Part shown: piece by piece, positions 9,360 through 17,169 of the stretch
Layout: each line of letters starts with the position of its first letter
Position numbering within the stretch: the stretch's first letter is position 1
From: an uncultured Pseudomonadota bacterium
Lineage (GTDB): Bacteria; Pseudomonadota; Alphaproteobacteria; Rs-D84
Reading direction: 5' to 3'
Length of the DNA: 64,000 bases
Assembly (NCBI GenBank): GCA_902790415.1
Contig: CADARU010000007.1
Location: forward strand, 1,412-65,411
The notes under the pieces: generated by a model
Told to the model about the DNA's origin: nothing
Seen by the model: the letters and a program-made list of their open reading frames with translations, nothing else
Database searches by the model: none
Made by a program: the position numbers and the translations under genes

Positions 9360-10527
9360 TTATTTGTATTTTTTCAACATCCAGTAATAGCCAGCACTGA
9401 TAAATAAATTACTGCAAATCAACATAATAACAGCAAAATACACTGACGATAAATCTGCGACAATCCCAACCCCCCAACAAATTACTGCCGATAAAATTCC
9501 ACCAAACAAAGAAACTATTGACCCCATGGTTGCACGCTGTTTTGATGATAATTCTTGCTGTAATAATGCAGATTCTGCGGTGGCTGACGTGCCATACAAT
9601 ATATTCACACACGATTGAATGAACGGTGTTACAAAATTATTCAAAATAACTGCCGTTCCTTTGATTATCATCATACCAATACTGGATGCAACCAAAATCC
9701 GATAAAAACCAAACCGACGAAAATACGGTGCAATAGAGAAACTGATTGCACCACATGTTTGCTTTACTATACGTGCGACGTTAACCGCCCATGTTGGTAT
9801 CAGCAGATTAAAATACGCACCTTCAAACCGATGCCCCGCAGAACTGATACCATGGTTTAGCATTTGGATAGTCGCTAATATCCGCAGTTTTTTTATTTTG
9901 AACAAACGCCTTGATAGCAGCAATAAAGTGTTTGGCCGATGTAACATCTTCGCCATTATGCCGTTTTGGTTCAACAAAACGTAGGCAAATAAAGATTGGA
10001 ATAATATCAATAACCGCACAAACCCACGCAAGTACCGTCAAAGAATAAAAATATGTTATAACAGCGGCAATAAGTGCCCCGACCCCCAAACCAATTTGAC
10101 CAAATGTTTTACTGCGCGCATAGAGTACATCATACCTGTCAGACATACTCAGTTCTTCCATGGTTTCATACATCAACGCATCATCAGTCCCGGATGCGAA
10201 CGCCTCGGCAAGCGCCCATACTACCGCCCCAACAATGAGCAAATATTTATACCCCAATGTTCCCGCCAACGCAAATATCACAGCCATCAAAACTTCTAAT
10301 ACGGCGGATACAACCATCGTTTTTCTGCGACCTATTCTATCAGAAACGATACCAGTCGGAACCTCTGCAATGCTTTGTACAATACCTACGATAGAATACA
10401 CACCCAATGCAAAAGCATACGACCCCGTTATTCGCTGAAAAAACACAACCGCCAAAACAGACATCGGCCACATACTGGCGAACAAATAATAAAGTTTGAA
10501 TAAAAGGATATTTCTGCGAATTTTCAT
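9360..10527 (-). pseudogene. MFS-type transporter interrupted by a frameshift in an A7 run
   Basis: ORFs 9823..10527 (N-terminal half, DRIGRRK loop motif) and 9360..10031 (C-terminal half) overlap. Removing one A from AATAAAAAAACTG (T7 on the + strand, 9888..9894) joins ...AFVQNKK to LRILATIQMLNHG... Confidence 0.7.
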
Positions 10528-10629
10528 GCTGGTATATTAAAAGTTTATAGGAATAAAATCAAGATATTTGCAACCCACGTTTTGCAATTTAGCATAAAAT
10601 ATGCCATAATATTTAAAAAAGAGAACGAT

Positions 10630-11178
10630 ATGAAAAAGACAAACAAAACATCTGTGATTGCAAATGAAAAAATTGATAATTCAAAAATAAAAAAAGCCAC
10701 AGAAATTATTCTTGGTTTACAGCAAGAATTAAAAAAATATACCAGCAAAGGTCATGGCCCGTTTTTGGCCGCTGTTTATGATTCAAAAGGTAATTTAATT
10801 GCCAAGGCCGCAAACAGTGTTGTAAATAAATCTTGCAGTCATAATCACGCCGAAATGAACGCAATAAAATTGGCAGAAAAGAAACTGGGGGCCTATGATT
10901 TATCACCGTATAATTTAAGTATATATGTAACATCTGAACCATGTATGATGTGTTTGGGCGCAATTATGTGGTCCGGGATAAAGGCGATTTATTATGGGGT
11001 CCCTTCCAAACGGGTTACCAAAATAACCGGATTTGACGAAGGTTTTAAACCAGAATGGTACAAAGAATTTAAAAAACGTGGTATAACCGTTTACGGCCAA
11101 ATCGAGCAAGATGTGGGCGAAAAAGTTTTGAAAGATTACGTATCCGATGGACACACAATTTACAAACCCAAGAGATGA
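10630..11178 (+). CDS. CMP/dCMP-type zinc deaminase family protein
   Basis: HAEMNAI and PCMMCLGAI zinc-binding motifs. The ORF is open from 10582, but the ATG at 10630 (MKKTNKT) is preferred. Confidence 0.8.
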   Translation: MKKTNKTSVIANEKIDNSKIKKATEIILGLQQELKKYTSKGHGPFLAAVYDSKGNLIAKAANSVVNKSCSHNHAEMNAIKLAEKKLGAYDLSPYNLSIYVTSEPCMMCLGAIMWSGIKAIYYGVPSKRVTKITGFDEGFKPEWYKEFKKRGITVYGQIEQDVGEKVLKDYVSDGHTIYKPKR

Positions 11179-11179
11179 T

Positions 11180-11225
11180 ATTCACGATTTGTTGTTGTTT
11201 GGGAGAGATATTAAGGTATTTTTGG
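11180..11225. repeat. R1 repeat, short copy
   Basis: ATTCACGATTTGTTGTTGTTTGGGAGAGATATTAAGGTATTTTTGG matches the right part of the R1 copies at 12653, 15633 and 13412. Confidence 0.6.
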
Positions 11226-11246
11226 AAAAACAAATTAAAAAATAAT

Positions 11247-11275
11247 TTGAAAACTCTATATTGACTTGATACTAT
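11247..11275 (+). promoter_or_regulatory. sigma70-like promoter candidate for the NERD gene
   Basis: TTGAAA, 17-nt spacer, TACTAT. The -10 ends only 7 nt before the ATG at 11283, which would imply a near-leaderless mRNA. Confidence 0.3.
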
Positions 11276-11282
11276 ATAACGT

Positions 11283-11996
11283 ATGGAAATATTCATTATT
11301 TTTTTAATTTTAGGATTTGTTGTTTTATTAATTAAATCAACACATAATCATCGTTGTGCTCTAGATGATAGACTAGACCAAATCACATCAGTGGAAAGAG
11401 GAACCTGGTCCGAACGAAATTTAATAAGCTCTCTTCTTGATTACGGAATTTCACCGAAAGCGATTTTTCATGATTTGTATGTTAAAAACGGTAAATATGG
11501 GTCTTCTCAAATAGATATAGTTGTTGCGACAAAAGTTGGTTTGATTGTATTTGAAGTCAAAGATTATTCCGGATGGATATTTGGAAAAGGCAAGGATACA
11601 AAATGGACACAAAGTTTCTATGATAAATACAATGATGAAAAGTACACATATCGTTTTTATAACCCTGTGTTGCAAAATGAATCACATATCAAAGTATTAA
11701 AAAAACAATCAAAACAATTCGCAAATTTACCATTTTATTCTGTGGTTGTTTTTTATGGCGATAGTGAATTACGGGATATTAGTTTCATACCAGATGGAAC
11801 TTTTGTTATAAAACCACACAGATTAGATGATGTTTTAGATATTATTTTTAACAATGACGAAGCAGAATACACAGATAAACGCGAAGTTATGAAAATATTA
11901 AAAACTGCAGTTGATAATGGAAATAATATAAATACACAAACCGAACATATCGAAAAAATTAAAGATATGCTAGGTAAAGATAGAGTGCTGGATTAG
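11283..11996 (+). CDS. NERD (nuclease-related) domain protein
   Basis: N-terminal TM helix. IDIVVATKVGLIVFEVKDYSGWIFG (D...EVK nuclease-like core) followed by NPVLQNESHIKVL, typical of NERD proteins. Confidence 0.75.
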   Translation: MEIFIIFLILGFVVLLIKSTHNHRCALDDRLDQITSVERGTWSERNLISSLLDYGISPKAIFHDLYVKNGKYGSSQIDIVVATKVGLIVFEVKDYSGWIFGKGKDTKWTQSFYDKYNDEKYTYRFYNPVLQNESHIKVLKKQSKQFANLPFYSVVVFYGDSELRDISFIPDGTFVIKPHRLDDVLDIIFNNDEAEYTDKREVMKILKTAVDNGNNINTQTEHIEKIKDMLGKDRVLD

Positions 11997-12052
11997 TATT
12001 GAAAAAGAATGAACAATGTTTTAGAGTATGAATATAATCAAAAGGATATAGA

Positions 12053-12421
12053 ATGAAAAAAGGGGTTTTGTTGTTATTTATATTAGCATTATCTGCTTGT
12101 GGTGCTATGGGCATAGGCAGTAATCATAAAACTATGGTTTACAATAATTCAGATAATATGATAACTGTTACATCAGATAGTGGCGTGTACAGAGTTGAAC
12201 CAAACAATAATATTAATATCTATTCAAAAGAACATATTTCTATTCAAAACAAGAATAAAAACTGTTCTCAAGTTAATGTGGAGCGCGAATTGAATTCCGG
12301 TGCGGTATTTTTAGATATAATTCCGGGTATTTTGTTCGGTATCATCCCAATATTTGTTGATGCGGTAACAAATAATTTGTATAGAATGCCAGAAGCATAT
12401 TCATATAGTTGCGCAGGTTAA
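12053..12421 (+). CDS. hypothetical lipoprotein
   Basis: Signal peptide with lipobox LALSACG. C-terminal hydrophobic segment. 122 aa. Confidence 0.55.
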   Translation: MKKGVLLLFILALSACGAMGIGSNHKTMVYNNSDNMITVTSDSGVYRVEPNNNINIYSKEHISIQNKNKNCSQVNVERELNSGAVFLDIIPGILFGIIPIFVDAVTNNLYRMPEAYSYSCAG

Positions 12422-12446
12422 ATGTCCCCAATACATACAAAACATG

Positions 12447-12540
12447 AAAAAGGTTAGATTTCTAACCTTTTCTTTTTAAAAGTTCGTAAATATGTGAAAT
12501 AGTGGCTATTTTTAATAGCTGATTTACGAACTGCTGAAAG
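12447..12540. repeat. R2 element (hairpin plus unit with terminal inverted repeats)
   Basis: AAAAGGTTAGATTTCTAACCTTTT hairpin, then AGTTCGTAAAT...ATTTACGAACT inverted termini enclosing a GCTATT/AATAGC hairpin. Near-identical copy at 16569..16653 and a partial copy at 14877..14940. Confidence 0.75.
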
Positions 12541-12652
12541 TATTTCAAACAAACAAAAACCGCGAAAATGCGGTTTTGTTTAGTTTCGCTCGGCACGTTG
12601 TGCCTGTGCGGCATTCCTAACGCATCGCGATAAATCGCTCTGCTACTCATAG

Positions 12653-12734
12653 TGGCAGGGCCATCTGTGCAATTCACGAGATGATTTTATGCGTGATTTG
12701 TTGTCGTTCGGGAAAGAAATTAAGGTGTTTTTGA
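12653..12734. repeat. R1 repeat, long copy
   Basis: TGGCAGGGCCATCTGTGCAATTCACGA...TTGTTGTCGTTCGGGAAAGAAATTAAGGTGTTTTTGA. Matches 15633..15714 over about 80 nt. Confidence 0.75.
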
Positions 12735-12742
12735 TGTACTTA

Positions 12743-12772
12743 TTGAAAAATCATGGTATATTGCGGTATAAT
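12743..12772 (+). promoter_or_regulatory. sigma70-like promoter candidate for the HAD gene
   Basis: TTGAAA, 18-nt spacer, TATAAT. Lies 21 nt upstream of the ATG at 12794. Confidence 0.45.
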
Positions 12773-12793
12773 GAATAACAAAAAGGGCACGCT

Positions 12794-13390
12794 ATGCATT
12801 ATTTAATAGATTTGGATAATACTTTATTAACAACTTTCTTTTTTGATAAAGATAACAACGTAAACTTCTATTGGTCACAGAATTTTAAAAACGATTTCGG
12901 ACAATCCCCAAGAATTTTAAAAGATTTATTTTGTGAACCATTTTTAACTATGTTGCGAACCAATGATGATTTACGGCCATACGTTAATACTTTCTTGCAA
13001 AAACATAATTTAAAAATAACAGCGGAAGAATTTTTGGAATATTGGTTGTCCCGGGATTCGCGAATCAATTCAGATGTATTGGATTGGATTTGTACACATC
13101 ATAATCCAGAAAACCATTTTCATATAGCTTCCAACCAACCAAATGTTCGTATGAACTACATTTGGGAACACAGACCTGAATTACACGAGTTTTTTGAAAA
13201 TATTTTTATATCTGCCAACATCGGAACATCAAAACCAGACCCTGTGTTTTTTGTAAAAATACAACAAAAACTGAAAGTCCCCTTTTCTGAAATTTGTTTG
13301 ATAGATGATGAACCTAAAAACATACAATCTGCGAAAACTTTAGGCATGCAAACCGTATTGTTTAATTCAACGAACGACTTGCCCAAGTGA
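12794..13390 (+). CDS. HAD-superfamily hydrolase
   Basis: Motif I DLDNT (LIDLDNTLL), motif II ASN, motif III KPDP, motif IV LIDDEPKN. Confidence 0.75.
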   Translation: MHYLIDLDNTLLTTFFFDKDNNVNFYWSQNFKNDFGQSPRILKDLFCEPFLTMLRTNDDLRPYVNTFLQKHNLKITAEEFLEYWLSRDSRINSDVLDWICTHHNPENHFHIASNQPNVRMNYIWEHRPELHEFFENIFISANIGTSKPDPVFFVKIQQKLKVPFSEICLIDDEPKNIQSAKTLGMQTVLFNSTNDLPK

Positions 13391-13411
13391 TTATAAATAT
13401 TGCAACAAATA

Positions 13412-13440
13412 GATTTTATTGTCGTTCGGGAAAGAAATAA
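13412..13440. repeat. R1 repeat, short copy
   Basis: GATTTTATTGTCGTTCGGGAAAGAAATAA matches the core of R1. Confidence 0.55.
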
Positions 13441-13472
13441 AAACATTTCTACAAATTCTGTGATATAACGAA

Positions 13473-14369
13473 TTATGAATTTATGTTTTTATCAAAATCG
13501 TCTTTAAATTCTTTTATCGTTTTATATCTATTGTTTTTATTGTAAGCAGTTGCTTTTAGTAAGACATTATAAACATTTTTATTTAGTTCGAATTCTTCTA
13601 ATTTATTGGGTATAAAACATCCCTTGTTATACCTTTCTTGTATGTTTGAAGTATTGCTAAACATATCAAATATAATTGCACCCAATGTAAATAATGATGT
13701 TTGTTCGTCTATTACTGCACCTAATTCGTTTTCTTCGGGGGCTTTTAATCTTTTGGTTCCAAAATAACCCGTTCCTAAATCATTTATCGTTGGCATTTTC
13801 CTAAATAAATCTATATCACAAAAAGTGACTTCATCATTCTTAAAATCGTAAATTATACTACTATCGTAAAAATCTACGGCAACATATCCAGCATCAATAA
13901 ATGATTCAAAAAACGAAAACAATTTATCTGCAACTTTTAATCTTTTTTCTACTGGTAATGATTTGAATTTCATCAAAGGTGTTATTTCTTTGGTTTTTTC
14001 ATATCTATCAAAGTTCCAATGATCAAACAAACATTCACCTTCAGCATATTCATAAATCACAACATAAAATTCTTTATATTCAAAAGCATCTACCAGTTTA
14101 ATCAAATTTTTATGCTTAATATCTTTGTATTTTACTGCTGCTTCTTTTAATAATTTGATTGATTCTTTTTCGCTTATTTCAGCATTAACTGTTTTTGCAC
14201 CAGCAATTTTGAAAAAATACTTTCTATTGTCCTTTTTTATACCAAAAGATATACAGCCACTCCCAGTTTCATCTATCACACTAAATACAGTACCATAATT
14301 ATTTAGCCAAGAAAAATCTTGATATTCTTTTAATTTAAATTCTATTCCATCTATAACTTGTTTAATCAT
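13473..14369 (-). CDS. Hanks-type (eukaryote-like) Ser/Thr protein kinase-like protein
   Basis: 298 aa. Gly-rich loop region, FKIAG (VAIK-like Lys), VDFYDSSIIY catalytic-loop equivalent (degenerate HRD), FCDIDLF (DFG-like), GTKRLKAPEE (APE motif). Confidence 0.7.
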   Translation of the reverse strand: MIKQVIDGIEFKLKEYQDFSWLNNYGTVFSVIDETGSGCISFGIKKDNRKYFFKIAGAKTVNAEISEKESIKLLKEAAVKYKDIKHKNLIKLVDAFEYKEFYVVIYEYAEGECLFDHWNFDRYEKTKEITPLMKFKSLPVEKRLKVADKLFSFFESFIDAGYVAVDFYDSSIIYDFKNDEVTFCDIDLFRKMPTINDLGTGYFGTKRLKAPEENELGAVIDEQTSLFTLGAIIFDMFSNTSNIQERYNKGCFIPNKLEEFELNKNVYNVLLKATAYNKNNRYKTIKEFKDDFDKNINS

Positions 14370-14385
14370 ATTGTTCTCTTTTTAA

Positions 14386-14835
14386 TTATAAATTTTTTAT
14401 ATAAACTCTGGTTGGGTTGCCTTCTCGGTTATTCATAATTTTCCAGAACACGAAACCATATTTTTCATATAGACCTATATGGTCAGTAGATATATATACT
14501 TTCTCGATTTTATTGGATTTCAGTGTATCACAAATATGATTTATCAATTTGCCAATGTTGTTATTACCACGATATTTTGGAAAAGTATACGCAAAACCAA
14601 TCCATGGGGACAATTCAGGTGCAACGATTTCATCTTGTTCTGCTAATATTACAAAAGAAGCCAAATTATCGCCATCTGTAAGTAAAAAAATCTCTGTTGA
14701 TTTTCCACATATTTGTTTTAATTTGTCGGTATTTAACCATGAATACAACAGTTTTGCTGCCGACCAATCACCTTTACCTATCTCGTTTTTCCAGTGCTCT
14801 TGATTTTTGGATTGATAATATTTAATAATCTGCAT
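14386..14835 (-). CDS. GNAT-family N-acetyltransferase
   Basis: 149 aa. YRGNNIGKLINH (motif A, Q/RxxGxG/A-like) and LYEKYGF. Lies 16 nt upstream of the kinase gene on the same strand. Confidence 0.8.
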   Translation of the reverse strand: MQIIKYYQSKNQEHWKNEIGKGDWSAAKLLYSWLNTDKLKQICGKSTEIFLLTDGDNLASFVILAEQDEIVAPELSPWIGFAYTFPKYRGNNNIGKLINHICDTLKSNKIEKVYISTDHIGLYEKYGFVFWKIMNNREGNPTRVYIKNL

Positions 14836-14876
14836 CCGTTAGCCTTTCAATTTATCTTTAATGTTAATTATATCAT

Positions 14877-14940
14877 AAAAAGTTCGCAAATCACCAAAAA
14901 GGTGTCTGTTTTTACTACCCAACTTACGAACTGCTGAAAT
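14877..14940. repeat. R2 element, partial or diverged copy
   Basis: AAAAAGTTCGCAAAT...CAACTTACGAACTGCTGAAAT shares both termini and the right flank (ACGAACTGCTGAAA) with 12447..12540. Confidence 0.6.
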
Positions 14941-14983
14941 GCTTGTAAATCTAAATAAAAAAATCACCAAAAGGTGATTTTAT

Positions 14984-14999
14984 TATTTTGGCAGCCCCA
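14984..14999. repeat. att-like duplicate of the tRNA-Glu 3' end
   Basis: TATTTTGGCAGCCCCA is identical to 16914..16929. Eleven of these nt are the acceptor 3' strand, discriminator and CCA of tRNA-Glu. Both copies follow a CACCAAAA(C)GGTG terminator hairpin. Confidence 0.7.
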
Positions 15000-15142
15000 A
15001 TATGACAACTTGAGAACTGCTATAACCCTATACTACGCAGAAACCCAGGAAAACCTTGATGCGTTAGAAGAGTTTTTAAACAATAATGACTTGATTTTGC
15101 AATAGATTATGCTAGTTTTAAAATGATATAAAGGTAATCGAT

Positions 15143-15592
15143 ATGTTTTGGTTAAAAGAAAAAATAATCCAATTCAAAGAATACTACAGATTAAAGAAAG
15201 AATATAAAATTAAAAAGAAATGGGCTTATTCTTTGAATCCTGCGAACACAAAATCAAATAGTCGCATATATGCAGAACACCAATCAAAACAATGGATTGT
15301 TATTTCGGGACCAGACAAGGGTTTATTTGGTACTAACAACTACCCATGTATTGTTAAAAAAATTGCTTTGGATGCAACAACATTAGAACCTGTTTTTGAA
15401 GAAGATAAGACTTTTTATTGTCCAAATTTTGACCACAATACCCCTTGCAAAAAGGTTGATTGTATGTGGAACAAAGCTAACAAAGAACATTTTGAAGAAC
15501 AAGAACGATTTCATAATGCTTTGGAAGAATTAGTAAATGTTGGAGAAAAACTAAATGCGGCACGTATGCATTTGTTCGGGCATGTAAAATAA
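15143..15592 (+). CDS. hypothetical protein
   Basis: 149-aa ORF. Lys-rich N-terminus and a Cys cluster (YCPNFDHNTPCKKVDCMW). No family recognised. Confidence 0.5.
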   Translation: MFWLKEKIIQFKEYYRLKKEYKIKKKWAYSLNPANTKSNSRIYAEHQSKQWIVISGPDKGLFGTNNYPCIVKKIALDATTLEPVFEEDKTFYCPNFDHNTPCKKVDCMWNKANKEHFEEQERFHNALEELVNVGEKLNAARMHLFGHVK

Positions 15593-15632
15593 TCCTTGAA
15601 AAGCACCACCTATTTTGGGTGGTTTGAATTTT

Positions 15633-15714
15633 TGGCAGGGCCATCTGTGCAATTCACGAACTAATACTATGTGTGAATTGTTGCAGTTTGGGAAAAATGT
15701 TAAAGTGTTTTTGA
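15633..15714. repeat. R1 repeat, long copy
   Basis: TGGCAGGGCCATCTGTGCAATTCACGA...TTGTTGCAGTTTGGGAAAAATGTTAAAGTGTTTTTGA. Preceded by the hairpin CACCACCTATTTTGGGTGGT. Confidence 0.75.
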
Positions 15715-15843
15715 AAAATTACACATAATACAAAGTTACTCAATTTGAGTTGCTCCTCCATCAAAGGCCATCACGAGCAAAATCCACCACCACGAACAAT
15801 GTAATACATTTGTAAGTTTTAAAATTATAAAAAGCAAGGTCAT

Positions 15844-16467
15844 TTATTCAGCTTTCTCAACAATCTTTTTAAAATCTATAGCAACTTTATCAAGACATTT
15901 TAGCCATTCATCTTCTTCATATATACATTTGTTAATGTCTTCCTGAACTGTATATTTTTTTTTGCATTTTTTTGCAACAGATTTACTCGGTTTTGAAGAA
16001 CCACAAACCTTTTCAAGATATGCAGCAGCAACATCTTCAAATTTGTCCATATAAGGAGCATATTTGTGCTTACATTTGTCTATGCGTTTGGATGCAATAT
16101 TATTTATAATAGCTTCTTTTGCCGCTTTAGGTGTGGTTTCATTATATATCATATTAACATCTTTCATTGTCACTTCTTTAGCAAACGCCTCTGCGTAACA
16201 ATCGGCATACTTTTTCATATCATCTACAAAGTATGAACTATCAAAGCCAATCTGATCAAATTGCTCTAAACTTAAACTAAAATAACTATCATATTTTTGA
16301 TCGTAAATAAATTTATATACTTCTTTTTCTTCAACCATTTCACAACCACTAAAACCAGACATATTTATACACAAATTTACTTTTTCATGACTTCTTTTAC
16401 TTAAACCATAGACATTTGTCATAAAGAAACAAGAAAAAAGAACCGCTACCAATGAGATTTTTTTCAT
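15844..16467 (-). CDS. hypothetical secreted Cys-containing protein
   Basis: 207 aa with a clear signal peptide (MKKISLVAVLFSCFFMTNVYG). No family recognised. Confidence 0.55.
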   Translation of the reverse strand: MKKISLVAVLFSCFFMTNVYGLSKRSHEKVNLCINMSGFSGCEMVEEKEVYKFIYDQKYDSYFSLSLEQFDQIGFDSSYFVDDMKKYADCYAEAFAKEVTMKDVNMIYNETTPKAAKEAIINNIASKRIDKCKHKYAPYMDKFEDVAAAYLEKVCGSSKPSKSVAKKCKKKYTVQEDINKCIYEEDEWLKCLDKVAIDFKKIVEKAE

Positions 16468-16568
16468 TTTTGTTACCCTCTTAATTACATTCCTAACTTT
16501 AAAATATTATCAAATTTTTTTCAACCCATAAATAAAAGTTAAAGACCCACAATGTATACGAACTGCGC

Positions 16569-16653
16569 AAAAGGTTAGATTTCTAACCTTTTCTTTTTAA
16601 AAGTTCGTAAATGTATGAAACGGTGGTGTTTTTTGATAGCTAATTTACGAACT
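16569..16653. repeat. R2 element copy
   Basis: Near-identical to 12447..12540, including the GGTTAGATTTCTAACC hairpin and the AGTTCGTAAAT/ATTTACGAACT termini. Confidence 0.75.
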
Positions 16654-16666
16654 CACACCAATAACG

Positions 16667-16714
16667 AAAATCAAAAAAATCTCCGTTTGTCGATTTTTTA
16701 AGATTTTCTTAATT
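16667..16714 (-). repeat. promoter-like module, variant copy
   Basis: Minus strand reads AATTAAGAAAATCTTAAAAAATCGACAAACGGAGATTTTTTTGATTTT. Related to 8494..8540. Separated from the 15844..16467 start by the R2 copy. Confidence 0.5.
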
Positions 16715-16918
16715 GTCCCACTCGGAATTGGTCATGCGCGCCCATACCACGAAAACATAGTTTTCGCACGACACATGCGTGTCGCAGGCGCTCTGACCGC
16801 ATTCGTTTGCGCTCAAACTTCGCTTCGTTCGTTTTCGCTTACTCATAGTGAACCTCCGGTTCAAACCCGGGGGTTGAAGCAAAATAAAACGACCACCAAA
16901 ACGGTGGTCTTTTTATTT

Positions 16919-16993
16919 TGGCAGCCCCACTCGGATTTGAACCGGGATTCTCGCCTTGAAAGGGCGGTGTCCTAACCATTAGACGATGGGGCC
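16919..16993 (-). tRNA. tRNA-Glu (anticodon TTC)
   Basis: Minus strand GGCCCCATCGTCTAATGGTTAGGACACCGCCCTTTCAAGGCGAGAATCCCGGTTCAAATCCGAGTGGGGCTGCCA folds as a 75-nt cloverleaf. My fold leaves one C:A mismatch each in the anticodon stem and the T stem. Confidence 0.82.
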
Positions 16994-17012
16994 AGAACTG
17001 ACACAAAAAAAC

Positions 17013-17089
17013 TGGCGGGATGTAAGGGGCTCGAACCCTCGACCTTCTGCGTGACAGGCAGACGCTCTAACCAGCTGAGCTAACACCCC
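17013..17089 (-). tRNA. tRNA-Asp (anticodon GTC)
   Basis: Minus strand GGGGTGTTAGCTCAGCTGGTTAGAGCGTCTGCCTGTCACGCAGAAGGTCGAGGGTTCGAGCCCCTTACATCCCGCCA gives a clean 77-nt cloverleaf. Confidence 0.93.
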
Positions 17090-17103
17090 AAAGCCGTGCC
17101 GTT

Positions 17104-17132
17104 ATACTATACTGTTCAAAACATAAAATCAA
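17104..17132 (-). promoter_or_regulatory. sigma70-like promoter candidate for the tRNA-Asp/tRNA-Glu unit
   Basis: Minus strand TTGATT, 17-nt spacer, TAGTAT. The -10 ends about 14 nt upstream of the tRNA-Asp 5' end. Confidence 0.45.
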
Positions 17133-17169
17133 GTATTTTTTTCACAAAAGGCATTTTTTTGTTTTCTTG

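Noticed and set aside
12462-12677. 71-aa minus-strand ORF between the lipoprotein and HAD genes
   Set aside because: It is made up almost entirely of the R2 and R1 repeats and a terminator hairpin. The corresponding region of the other repeat copies is not conserved at protein level.
11180-16700. Integron gene-cassette array with the R2 inverted-repeat elements as attC sites
   Set aside because: There is no intI or attI in the window. Cassette orientation is mixed. The R2 termini (AGTTCGTAAAT/ATTTACGAACT) do not fit the RYYYAAC/GTTRRRY core sites. The idea is kept only as a looser cassette-like description.
16838-16880. tRNA-like fragment: CTCATAG loop with a CAT anticodon, then TCCGG-TTCAAAC-CCGGG T-arm-like hairpin. 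A similar TGCTA-CTCATAG-TGGCA arm occurs at 12640..12657
   Set aside because: No D-arm or matching acceptor 5' strand, only about 1 nt of variable region, and no CCA. At best it is a decayed tRNA remnant or part of the repeat family, not a functional tRNA-Met.
16775-16975. 66-aa ORF running into tRNA-Glu
   Set aside because: It overlaps the tRNA gene and repeat or terminator sequence, and its amino-acid composition is not protein-like.
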